From Candidatus Latescibacterota bacterium (GTDB lineage Bacteria; Latescibacterota; UBA2968; UBA8231), in contig CBDFJF010000001.1 in NCBI GenBank assembly GCA_965248265.1, forward strand, positions 1,248,001-1,312,000: a DNA stretch of 64,000 bases. The letters are read 5' to 3'. Shown piece by piece: positions 38,597 through 47,201 of the stretch (position 1 is its first letter; each line of letters begins with the position of its first letter). The notes under the pieces are model-generated. The model saw only the letters and a program-made list of their open reading frames with translations. It ran no database searches and was not told the DNA's origin. Made by a program: the position numbers and the translations under genes.

Positions 38597-38762
38597 GAGC
38601 CTGTCCGAGTATTCGCTTTGATAGGCGAGGGGGCGTCATTGTCGTCGATGGCAAGGCGCGTGATCGATCTGAATTGACGAATTCAGAGAGAGAGACGGAA
38701 CGCTGGCAGCGGCGGCAATGACGCCCCCGCAGCCCAAATGGGATACTCGGACAGGCTCCTAG
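38593..38762. mobile_element. MITE (162 bp, 38597-38758) with 16-bp perfect TIRs flanked by CTAG
   Basis: GAGCCTGTCCGAGTAT ... ATACTCGGACAGGCTC; CTAG on both sides; internal IR GGGGGCGTCATTG/CAATGACGCCCCC; lies between convergent genes. Confidence 0.85.
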
Positions 38763-38764
38763 CC

Positions 38765-39661
38765 TCAGCGCACGAACCAGCGCATCGCACACCGCATCTG
38801 AGTGTCGGTGGTTGCAAGTGTGTAGGGGTCGTGGATACGGCGCTCGACAAAGCCATCGGTCCGGCACATCAGCCAGCCGAAATCCCACGCCTTGCTGGCG
38901 TAGCGCATCGGCACCGCAGGCCGCACCCGCACCAGAGGATGCGTCCCGGCGTTGAGGAGCCGCTTCCCGGTGTAGTAGTAGCAGGCTCCTACCTTTACGA
39001 AGACCTCGTGCTGTAGCGGCGATTCGCCTTCCGCAGCCAGATCGGCGCATAGCCCGGTGATGCCTACCTTGACGTCGCGGCCAGCGATCACCGCCGCCTC
39101 CAATGCATCGATCGATCCCTCCGAGTGACCGTCGGCCGAGTGACTGAACACCTCCTCCCAGCTGTCGCGGACCCAGTAGCGGAAAACCTCAAAGTCATAG
39201 ACGAAGTTTTGACTGGGAGCCTTGGTGTCCAGGTCGACGTTGTCGATGACATGGTGTTTCGGCATCGCCGGCGACGGCTTGGCCAGCTTATCCTCCCTCT
39301 GGCGACCGGCCGGTGAATCTTCGAAAATCGGCCGTGCGATCGCCTGTTCGCCGTTCTGGTTGTACATGAAGAAGGACATCGAGGACCCAGGCCCGAACCC
39401 TGGCAGCAATGACACGGGCTGTCTCAGATTGATTACACCGGCGCTCCACCGATCATCGATCAGATAGGTGATCCCGAAATCGGCTACCTCCTCCACCACC
39501 TCGTCGCTACCTGAATCTGGATCGATGTGCTCGCCGTGGAGAAACTGGGTGCCGATGCGCAGATCGGCACCACCACGGATGGCGTCCGCCAGTACCCCTT
39601 CGCTGCCGGCTGCAACCGCTCTGTCTTGATCGAGCTCCAGTACCTTCATCCACTCTGACAT
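38765..39661 (-). CDS. Hypothetical protein with internal duplication (paralog of 48501-49334)
   Basis: Repeated W..V......GS...L..A(I/V)..G.D(L/V)(R/K) module; similar over its full length to the second copy. Confidence 0.8.
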   Translation of the reverse strand: MSEWMKVLELDQDRAVAAGSEGVLADAIRGGADLRIGTQFLHGEHIDPDSGSDEVVEEVADFGITYLIDDRWSAGVINLRQPVSLLPGFGPGSSMSFFMYNQNGEQAIARPIFEDSPAGRQREDKLAKPSPAMPKHHVIDNVDLDTKAPSQNFVYDFEVFRYWVRDSWEEVFSHSADGHSEGSIDALEAAVIAGRDVKVGITGLCADLAAEGESPLQHEVFVKVGACYYYTGKRLLNAGTHPLVRVRPAVPMRYASKAWDFGWLMCRTDGFVERRIHDPYTLATTDTQMRCAMRWFVR

Positions 39662-39707
39662 TCAGTCACCCCTTCAAAGATTGGTATTGAGTTGCAGCGG
39701 TGATGAA

Positions 39708-40088
39708 TCATCCGCCGAGGATCGCGTAGGCTTCGATTTCGACCACCAGATCGGGATGCCCCAACGCCGCGACTTGCACCAGCGTCGACGCCGGCTTGAT
39801 CTCCCCGAACACCGCGCTGTGAGCCCGCGCCACCGCATCCATGTCCGCCATGTCGGTGACGTAGACGACCGTGCGGACCACGTCGCTGAAAGAAGCACCA
39901 GCTTCATCCAGAGCCTTGCCGATGATGCCGAGGGCGGCCGTCGACTGCTCGTGGGCGTCGCCGGTGGTATGGGGCGCCTGCGCGCAGGTACCTGCCACGT
40001 GCACGTGATCGCCGACCCGGACAGCACGCGAATAACCGAACGTCGACTCAAACGGTCCGCCACTGGAGATATTCTGTCGCTTCGCCAC
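39708..40088 (-). CDS. RidA/YjgF family protein
   Basis: GYSRAVRVG, VVRTVVYVTD, PASTLVQV..L..P...VEIEA. Confidence 0.9.
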   Translation of the reverse strand: MAKRQNISSGGPFESTFGYSRAVRVGDHVHVAGTCAQAPHTTGDAHEQSTAALGIIGKALDEAGASFSDVVRTVVYVTDMADMDAVARAHSAVFGEIKPASTLVQVAALGHPDLVVEIEAYAILGG

Positions 40089-40116
40089 TTTGCTCCTCCT
40101 TGATCTCAGCATTGTT

Positions 40117-40170
40117 GTGCCCTGTCACGGAAGTAGGCCGAATACAAGAATACTTTTCGTGACAGGGCAC
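40117..40170. repeat. Short inverted-repeat element (mini-MITE/REP-like)
   Basis: GTGCCCTGTCACGGAAGTA ... TACTTTTCGTGACAGGGCAC; the left arm recurs identically at 45362-45380. Confidence 0.75.
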
Positions 40171-40280
40171 TGATTTGCGGCCACGCCGCAGATGTGGTAT
40201 CTACCATACGCGGCGGCCGGGCTCATCGCCAGAATTGCCCTTCACCTCCACCCACCCCAGACACGCTACGGAGAAGCAGC

Positions 40281-41054
40281 ATGCGCAGAAGCAAGACGCT
40301 AGAAAAACTACGAGCCGGCAAACTGGTGCGAATTTGCGGACTCGGCCACTACATCCCCTCGTTCGTGCGCCACGCCGCCCATTTTGACTTCGACTGTATC
40401 TGGCTCGATCTCGAGCACCGGGCCATGAGCGACAACGATGTGCGCTCGTTGCTGGGATTCTGTCATCAATTCGATATTGATTGCATGGTCCGTTCTCCAA
40501 CACTGGAGCGCGTTCGCATCTACCGCTATCTCGAGGATGGCGCCGCTGGATTGATGTTCCCGCACGTGACCACTCAGGAAGATGCCGAGCGCCTTGTTGA
40601 GGCCGCCAAATTCCCTCCGCTTGGCAATCGCGGTCTCGACGGGGCCGGCCTCGACACCGACTTCTTCCTTCAAGGCGGTCCCGGGTACACCGATGATGCC
40701 AACCGGGAGACCTTCGTGGTAGCGCAGATCGAATCGCCACAGGCCGTCGAGAATGTCGAAGCCATCGCCGCCGTCGAGGGCATCGACGCCGTGTTCATCG
40801 GGCCGGCGGATTTGGGGTTGCGACTCCAGCACCACGCCGGCTCCATGACCATGGAAGAGGCCACCCAACGCGTTGCCGCCGCCGCCGCTGCCAACGGCAA
40901 GCCCTGGGGCCGGCCAGCCGGCACCCCCGAATTGCTGCAGGAACTCTACGATCAAGGTGCGCGCCTGCTCGCCCAGGGCGGCGAATTTATCGCCATCCTG
41001 CAGATGCTGGAGGCCGCGTCCAAGGTTTTTACCGGAGTTGAACCTGTAGAATGA
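40281..41054 (+). CDS. HpcH/HpaI aldolase family protein
   Basis: WLDLEH, KFPPLGNRG, AQIES, FIGPADL. Confidence 0.9.
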   Translation: MRRSKTLEKLRAGKLVRICGLGHYIPSFVRHAAHFDFDCIWLDLEHRAMSDNDVRSLLGFCHQFDIDCMVRSPTLERVRIYRYLEDGAAGLMFPHVTTQEDAERLVEAAKFPPLGNRGLDGAGLDTDFFLQGGPGYTDDANRETFVVAQIESPQAVENVEAIAAVEGIDAVFIGPADLGLRLQHHAGSMTMEEATQRVAAAAAANGKPWGRPAGTPELLQELYDQGARLLAQGGEFIAILQMLEAASKVFTGVEPVE

Positions 41055-41131
41055 ACGACTCGCCGATCAACTACCTCGAGGGCGAGCTGATGCCCCGGGA
41101 AGAAGCGAAGCGGGCGAACTCACCCACCTGA
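41051..41131 (+). pseudogene. N-terminal stub of a class IV aminotransferase
   Basis: ATGA-coupled start; MNDSPINYLEGELMPREEAK resembles the BCAT N-terminus (compare YFNGDFIPEIDAR at 21372); stops after 26 codons. Confidence 0.5.
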
Positions 41132-42271
41132 GGGCCAGTTGCGATAGACCCGTCCGCCCTTCACCACAGTTGCTGGTTCGAGCTTCTGCTTGCCCGTGCG
41201 GGATTCGAAGCGGGAGTCCTCGAGGTTGAATTCTCCGTCTCGCAACTCGAAGACGACCGCGTCCCCGCAGCTACCCTCAGCCAGTGTTCCCAGTCTGTCC
41301 TCATGCAACACATCCCGTGCAGGCACCGAGGTCACCTTCGCCAGAGCGTCGTCCAGCGTCAGCCCCAGATGTAGGAACTTGGTAATCACGTTGGCCAGAT
41401 CGTAGACGGGGCCGTTGACGTTGTAGACATGCAGATCAGAGGAAATCGTCTGCGGCAACACACCCTGCTCGAGCGCCGCTTCTACGACGGACCACGAGAA
41501 CGAGCCGGCGCCGTGACCGACGTCCATGATCACCCCCCGCTCGATCGCGGCATGTACCGAGTCCCGCACTCGGCCGGTCTCGTCGAGGATTCCCGTCGCC
41601 ATGTCATGAAAACAGTGCGTCAGTACGTCACCTCCCTTGAAGACGCCCAGCACGTCGTCCAGGGACTCGCACCAGGCGGCTTGCGGGTGCACCATGATCG
41701 GCAACCCGGCTGCATCCGCCGCCTCCCGCGCCCGGTGCAATGGAATCATGCCGGCGTCCGCGGAAACGATTGTATCCTTGGTCAGCCTCACCTTGACCCC
41801 GAGGATCAGATCCCGGTTGGCCTCGATCATCTTGCAGGCGACATCGACGTTGGCGTATTCGGGCAGGGCGAACTCCCCGACCTCCTGGCTGACCATCCCC
41901 TGCGAGGAGATGTTCAGGTACGCGCGAATGCGCGTCTGCGAAACTTCGATGACGTACTTGCGGAATCCGGGGAACGTGTCGGCCCCAGCGGATCCGGCAT
42001 CGACGACCGTCGTCGCTCCCCGCGCCAGACAGGTCGAATCGGGTTCAATGCCATAATGGGACACGCCTGGATAGACGTGCACGTGGATGTCGATGAAACC
42101 CGGTGAGACATATCTATCGCTGGCGTCGATGACCTCGCGCGCCTCGACCGCCGGTAAATCATCGTCAACGGCGGCGACGGCACCCTGTGCGAAGGCTACG
42201 TCCCTTAACGCGTGAATGCCCTGAGCCGGGTCGATCAGAGTTCCATTCTTGATTAACAAATCGTATTTCAT
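41120..42271 (-). CDS. Amidohydrolase/deacetylase family metallohydrolase (dihydroorotase-like)
   Basis: PGFIDIHVH, GATTVVDAGSAG, GVKVR, MVH, LTHCF, DVGHGAGSF, TISSDLH. Confidence 0.88.
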   Translation of the reverse strand: MKYDLLIKNGTLIDPAQGIHALRDVAFAQGAVAAVDDDLPAVEAREVIDASDRYVSPGFIDIHVHVYPGVSHYGIEPDSTCLARGATTVVDAGSAGADTFPGFRKYVIEVSQTRIRAYLNISSQGMVSQEVGEFALPEYANVDVACKMIEANRDLILGVKVRLTKDTIVSADAGMIPLHRAREAADAAGLPIMVHPQAAWCESLDDVLGVFKGGDVLTHCFHDMATGILDETGRVRDSVHAAIERGVIMDVGHGAGSFSWSVVEAALEQGVLPQTISSDLHVYNVNGPVYDLANVITKFLHLGLTLDDALAKVTSVPARDVLHEDRLGTLAEGSCGDAVVFELRDGEFNLEDSRFESRTGKQKLEPATVVKGGRVYRNWPSGG

Positions 42272-42286
42272 CTTGTGCCCTCTGTA

Positions 42287-43033
42287 TCAACGCAGAAAAT
42301 CGTGGACCACTTCGCCGTAGTTTTCAGTGTAGTCCATCTCGGTGTAATAGGCTCCTAGATATTCAACAGGAGCAAAATCGGACAGATCGTAAGTCGGCAC
42401 CGCCTCGAACTGCACGGTTCCATTCCCTGCCCGGCACACGTGCACGGTTACATCGGATGTCGCCTTGCCGGCGTCGACGAGTTGCATCACCTCCGGTCCC
42501 GACCCGTCGACTTTGGGGATCACCTTCAGACGCCACGAGGGTGTCAACTGCGGAAGATCCTCGATGCTGGCCTCCTTGTGCATCGTCGAACGGATGCATA
42601 TGGCGTTGCCGCCTCCCACCTGGGTATTCGTCACCATGACGCGCTCCTCCATATGCACGTCCATGTCGGCGTAAACCTTCGGCGTACCGTAAATCTCGCG
42701 CCCGGCCGGGATACTGCCACGTGAATTGAGAAATACCACAGGGGCAAAATAACCGAGCTGGCCTTCGTAACGGCACTGGACCACCAGGATGCTCTCATCA
42801 AAGGCGCCGTAATTACCCGACCACCCGACGGTGAGGCCGATGGCGACGCACAGACCGCCATCCGCCGGTGCGAAGCAGGCGGGCAGCACACGGTCGATCG
42901 CTGCCGGCTCAGCGCGAAAACAAACAAACTGAAAACAGGCATTCCGGTACCGTGCGGGCGGCATAGGATAGTACGGCGAAAACGCCGGCATGTTGGCGAT
43001 CTGATCCAGAGGTATCGTCATCTCGATTGTCAT
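42287..43033 (-). CDS. Acetoacetate decarboxylase-like family protein
   Basis: YYPMPPARY and AGREIYGTPK (Schiff-base Lys motif); GGAGG RBS. Confidence 0.85.
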   Translation of the reverse strand: MTIEMTIPLDQIANMPAFSPYYPMPPARYRNACFQFVCFRAEPAAIDRVLPACFAPADGGLCVAIGLTVGWSGNYGAFDESILVVQCRYEGQLGYFAPVVFLNSRGSIPAGREIYGTPKVYADMDVHMEERVMVTNTQVGGGNAICIRSTMHKEASIEDLPQLTPSWRLKVIPKVDGSGPEVMQLVDAGKATSDVTVHVCRAGNGTVQFEAVPTYDLSDFAPVEYLGAYYTEMDYTENYGEVVHDFLR

Positions 43034-43196
43034 CCTCCACTCTTGGGGCAGAATTGCCACCACACACATCGGTAACATCGACACATGCGAACAGAGCCGC
43101 CATCGGGAGTCTGGATCTTGCCTTTACGCGCAGCCGCGATTGGGTTAACATCCAGCCTTCATTTGGACGAGCAGGCACGAATTCAGGAGGAAAAGG

Positions 43197-43634
43197 ATGC
43201 TCAATATCGGCGACCAGGCGCCCGGGTTCGCGGTTCAGGACCACACCGGTGCCATCATCAACCTGAACGACTACGCGGACAAGAGGGTCGTTCTCTGGTT
43301 TTACCCCCGCGCCAGTACCGGTGGGTGAACGGCTCAAGGGATTGGATTCCGTGACCGAATCCAGGAATATGAGGACAAGAACGTACAAATACTCGGCGTC
43401 AGCACCGACGATGTTGAAGCCAACGCCAGGTTCGCTCAAGAGAACGAGTTCCCCTATCCGCTCCTGTGCGATACCGATCGCACAATCTGCGTCGCCTATG
43501 GCGCCTGCGACAGCAATGACGCCAAATCCGCCAATCGTATCACCTACGTGATCGATCCGGGCGGAGCGATCGTGCAGGCCCATGCCGAGGTGGATGCTCG
43601 GAAGCAACCGAAGGAGCTGATAGAAACACTCTGA
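43197..43634 (+). CDS. bcp: Selenocysteine-containing peroxiredoxin (BCP/PrxQ), 145 aa; not in the ORF track
   Basis: MLNIGDQAPGF...VVLWFYPRASTGG-UGA(43326)-TAQG...ILGVSTD...FPYPLLCD...RITYVIDPGG. The UGA sits exactly at the peroxidatic position of PxxxTxxC; AGGAGG RBS. Confidence 0.9.
43343..43363 (+). promoter_or_regulatory. Bacterial SECIS-like hairpin
   Basis: TGGATTC-CGTGACC-GAATCCA, 14 nt after the UGA, with GU near the start of the apical loop. Confidence 0.75.
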
Positions 43635-43752
43635 GGAGCTGGCGTGGGATTCGAAATGAGCAGATGTCCACACACGGCATCTGCCCATGTGCATTCGGGC
43701 ACGGTATTACCTGCGAATTGACCAGAATTCGAGCGTAGGTAGCCTTTCCCTC

Positions 43753-44505
43753 TCAGACCAGCAGCGCGCCTCCATTGACATGGAGGGTCGCCCCGGTGAT
43801 ATAGCTTGAATGGTCGGAGACCAGAAACAGAATCGTGTCCGCCAACTCTGAAGCCGCCGCCTGGCGCTTGAGCAGCGAAGCCTCACGCAATTGGCGCGCG
43901 CCGTCTTCCCCGAACGTGGCCGTCATCGGCGTGTCGATCGATCCCGGCGCCACCGCGTTCACGAGAATGCCGTCGGCAGCGTATTTCTTGGCCACTGATT
44001 TCATCAGCGGGATCAAGCCGCCCTTGCTGACGCCGTAGGCGACACTGGCGATGATACTGCCGGTGAATGCGGCTAGCGACGAAATATAGACGATGCGGCC
44101 GGACTTGCGCTTCTGCATGTGGGGTGCCACCGCCTTCGTGCACAGGAACGGACCGGAGAGGTTGACCTGCAGGATCTTGTTCCAGTCATCCAGCGTCGTC
44201 TCCTCCCAACTCACCAAGGGACAGATGCCGGCGTTGTTTATGAGAATGTCGATGCGGTCGAACTGCTCGGCTGTCTGCGTGGCCATGGCCTCCACCTGGT
44301 GTTGATCCGAGACGTCGACGGCGATCGGAATGGCCTCACAGTCGTATCGGGAATTCAAATCCTCGGCCACCTTCCCGGCCGCCTCGATGTTGACGTCGGC
44401 AATGGTCAGTCCGGCGATTCCCGCCTTGGCGAAGCGCTCCGCGAATGCTGCTCCCATGCCAGAGCCTGACCCGGTGATGATGGCAACCTGATCATTCAGC
44501 TTCAT
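43753..44505 (-). CDS. SDR family oxidoreductase (FabG-like)
   Basis: TGSGSGMG, NNAGI, YGVSK, NAVAPG. Confidence 0.92.
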   Translation of the reverse strand: MKLNDQVAIITGSGSGMGAAFAERFAKAGIAGLTIADVNIEAAGKVAEDLNSRYDCEAIPIAVDVSDQHQVEAMATQTAEQFDRIDILINNAGICPLVSWEETTLDDWNKILQVNLSGPFLCTKAVAPHMQKRKSGRIVYISSLAAFTGSIIASVAYGVSKGGLIPLMKSVAKKYAADGILVNAVAPGSIDTPMTATFGEDGARQLREASLLKRQAAASELADTILFLVSDHSSYITGATLHVNGGALLV

Positions 44506-44527
44506 CCGTCCTTCTCCTGTTTTCTTT

Positions 44528-45229
44528 TCACGTGATCAGCTCGTCCGGCAGGTGTTCGGTGCGGGCCATGTAATGCATCTGCAGGTTACCCTCGGTGAAT
44601 TTCAGGTGGGTGATGGCAGTGTTGTGATGCGACAAGCCCACGTGCTGACTGGGCAGCAGGTGGAGTAGCGCCTTCAACAGTGAATCGATGAATCCGCCAT
44701 GAGCCACCAGAGCGATACGGCTCTCCTCCGCGGCGCGTTCCCACAGCGCCTCGGCCACCCCGATCGCCCTGCCATGCGCGGAGGCCGTCTGTTCCTGCCC
44801 GCGGCTGGGATCCCACCAGCCGTCGTCGCTAATCGTCGCGGGTACCACATACCCGTTGAAGCGCTCCTCGATGTCGCTGCGGTTCATCCCGGGGTAACCG
44901 ACGATTCCGCGCTCGTCCCCATGGTCGAGGAAGATTCCACCCCACTCGTGGATGTCCACCCATACCTCCGGGGCCATGTTCAGCGCTCGCCCGATAGGCT
45001 GAGCGGTCTGCAGCGTCCTCAGCATCGGACTGCAATAGATATGGTCGAGCAGCGGTGTCCCGTTGGACCGCTCTGCGGCCAGCAGATGACGGCCTTCGGC
45101 CAGGTAGTCGGCCACCCGATCGGCTTGCTTCTCACCTGGGTCTGTCAACGGTGGATCCTCGACGCGCTCCTTGGGATCCTCCAGTGCATTATTAAACGAT
45201 TGCCCGTGACGAATTATGAACAGATCCAT
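44528..45229 (-). CDS. Histidine phosphatase family protein
   Basis: IIRHGQS, CSPMLRT.QTA, VAHGG, NTAIT. Confidence 0.9.
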   Translation of the reverse strand: MDLFIIRHGQSFNNALEDPKERVEDPPLTDPGEKQADRVADYLAEGRHLLAAERSNGTPLLDHIYCSPMLRTLQTAQPIGRALNMAPEVWVDIHEWGGIFLDHGDERGIVGYPGMNRSDIEERFNGYVVPATISDDGWWDPSRGQEQTASAHGRAIGVAEALWERAAEESRIALVAHGGFIDSLLKALLHLLPSQHVGLSHHNTAITHLKFTEGNLQMHYMARTEHLPDELIT

Positions 45230-45361
45230 TCTCTCTCCTTTGAGGGCCTTTGATTGCTTCGATAGACGTAAGCGGTAGCCCACCGTGCGGTCAAGGCGTC
45301 ATAGTCTGTGGGTGGGAAGTCCTTGACGACTGCTCCGTCACTACCGTCTGTACCTGCGGTA

Positions 45362-45380
45362 GTGCCCTGTCACGGAAGTA
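45362..45380. repeat. Solo copy of the 40117 repeat arm
   Basis: GTGCCCTGTCACGGAAGTA, identical to 40117-40135, preceded by TA. Confidence 0.7.
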
Positions 45381-45420
45381 TCATCGACCTCACCGATCGA
45401 TCGTACACGGAGACTACGGT

Positions 45421-46272
45421 TTGAGCCATGTAACAGATGCAGATGTCGATTCGTATCACGAGAACGGATTCCTCGTCGTCCGAGGATTGGCAACCCCGGA
45501 AGAGGTTGCCGTGCTGCGGGAGGATGCTACCCGGGTCTGCCGGGGCGAGTACTCGCACTCCAGGTTGCCACCCAGCGATCCCGGGGAGTCCGATGAGCAG
45601 GTGCTGGCAAGATTTCTGTGCATCCATCAGCCGCACAAGATCAGTCCGGTCCTGCTGGAGACCGGGGTCAAGCACGCTGGCATGGCCGCGGTTTTGGCTC
45701 GCCTTATTGGACCGGACGTCAAGTGTATGCAATCCATGCTGTTCATCAAGCCGCCGGGGTTCCAGGGACAGGGGTGGCATCAGGATGAGATCTATATCCC
45801 GACGCGGGACCGCAGCCTCACCGGCGGCTGGATTGCCCTGGATGACGCCACCGAAGAAAACGGCTGTTTGCGGGTGCTTCCCGGCTCGCACAAAGGAGTA
45901 TTGTACGAACAGCGAGACCATAACAATCCGGATGAGTTTGACGGCAACGTCGAGTCATATGGCTTCGATCCGTCAGATGAGATTGCTGTCGAGGCCAAAA
46001 CCGGCGACATCGTCTTCTTCCATGGGTACTTGCTGCATCGCTCCTTCAAGAACCGGAGCTCGGCCTACCGCCGTGTCCTGGTCAACCACTACATGAATGC
46101 CTGGTCCCTTCTTCCCTGGCGCGTGCCGGAAGGACAGACCGCAGCCAGAGCCGACTTCAGAGACATCGTCATGGTAGCGGGTTCCGATCCGTATGGATGG
46201 AAGGGAATGGAAAACACCAGCGACATCAGCGTCCGGCAGTGCAAGGCATCGCAAGAGCTGCAGGCCGGCTGA
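45421..46272 (+). CDS. Phytanoyl-CoA dioxygenase (PhyH) family Fe/2OG enzyme
   Basis: KPPG...WHQD, WIALDDAT.ENGCL.V.PGSH, LLHRS..N.S...RR; TTG start inferred. Confidence 0.9.
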   Translation: MSHVTDADVDSYHENGFLVVRGLATPEEVAVLREDATRVCRGEYSHSRLPPSDPGESDEQVLARFLCIHQPHKISPVLLETGVKHAGMAAVLARLIGPDVKCMQSMLFIKPPGFQGQGWHQDEIYIPTRDRSLTGGWIALDDATEENGCLRVLPGSHKGVLYEQRDHNNPDEFDGNVESYGFDPSDEIAVEAKTGDIVFFHGYLLHRSFKNRSSAYRRVLVNHYMNAWSLLPWRVPEGQTAARADFRDIVMVAGSDPYGWKGMENTSDISVRQCKASQELQAG

Positions 46273-46288
46273 AGAGGCACACCTGGCG

Positions 46289-46855
46289 ATGGCCGATTCC
46301 TCCCTATTCCGACTCAGCGTAGATGACGACGTCGAACTTCGTATAATGTCGGAATCCGACAGCGAGGATTTTCATCGCTTGAACTCCACCGACAACGCCA
46401 CCATGAAGCAGTGGCTTCCGGCCAGAGATACCGAACGCACCCTCGAGGAGACCCGCGAGTTTATCGCACAACTCAAGGCTGGATTCATCGATGACAAGGG
46501 AATCGCCGTGGGTATCTGGTATCAGGAACGCCTGGCGGGATTCCTGGATGCCCAGCGCATCAAATGGACTCACAAGAAAACAGAACTGGGATTCTGGCTG
46601 GGCACCTCGTTCGAAGGCAAGGGCATCATGACTCGCTCCTGCAGCGCCCTCATCGATCACAATTTCCGCGAATTCGGTCTCAATCGGGTCGAGATGGAAT
46701 GCGCCTCCGGCAATTCCGGGAGTCGTATGGTGGCCAAGCGTCTGGGATTCAGACAGGAGGGCAAGATGCGCCAGGCCGCCTGGCTCAACGACCGCTTCGT
46801 CGATTACGTGATCTATGGCCTGCTGGCTGACGAGTGGCGTGCAGCCAGCTCATGA
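46289..46855 (+). CDS. GNAT RimJ/RimL family N-acetyltransferase
   Basis: ELGFWL...FEGKGIMT, LNRVE, N..SR.VA.RLGF..EG, YGLL..EW. Confidence 0.9.
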   Translation: MADSSLFRLSVDDDVELRIMSESDSEDFHRLNSTDNATMKQWLPARDTERTLEETREFIAQLKAGFIDDKGIAVGIWYQERLAGFLDAQRIKWTHKKTELGFWLGTSFEGKGIMTRSCSALIDHNFREFGLNRVEMECASGNSGSRMVAKRLGFRQEGKMRQAAWLNDRFVDYVIYGLLADEWRAASS

Positions 46856-47160
46856 GCGCCACCCCTGAAACAACAACCGGGGGCACGGTTCTCCTCGAAC
46901 CCCAGTGGAGCCGCTTGTTGTGTCTCGACGCCCTCAGCCAGGTCGATATGCCGGCCGAAGAGGCGGCGGTGGTGGCGGACAGCCTTCTGGATGCCAGCCT
47001 GCGAGGTGTGGACAGCCACGGCCTGGCATTGTTGCCTTTATATATAGAGAGAATTCGCTCTGGACAGATCGTTCCGGGCCGGAGTTCACTGGTTCGACGC
47101 AACGACGAGACCACTGCCCTCCTTAGGGCCTGCGGTCGCGGCTGGTCGATTGTGGGGTGA
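46852..47160 (+). pseudogene. Truncated Ldh_2 (malate/L-lactate/ureidoglycolate dehydrogenase family) gene
   Basis: A..VADSLLDASLRGVDSHGL..LP.Y..RI..G N-terminal motif; ends after about 100 codons. Confidence 0.82.
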
Positions 47161-47201
47161 CCCCCCCCTGACTTTGCCAGATCAGCATTCATGAGGAGTT
47201 C

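Noticed and set aside
42909-43694. 261-aa minus-strand ORF and plus-strand ORFs 43085-43354 and 43321-43551
   Set aside because: The region is explained by the Sec-peroxiredoxin in another frame.
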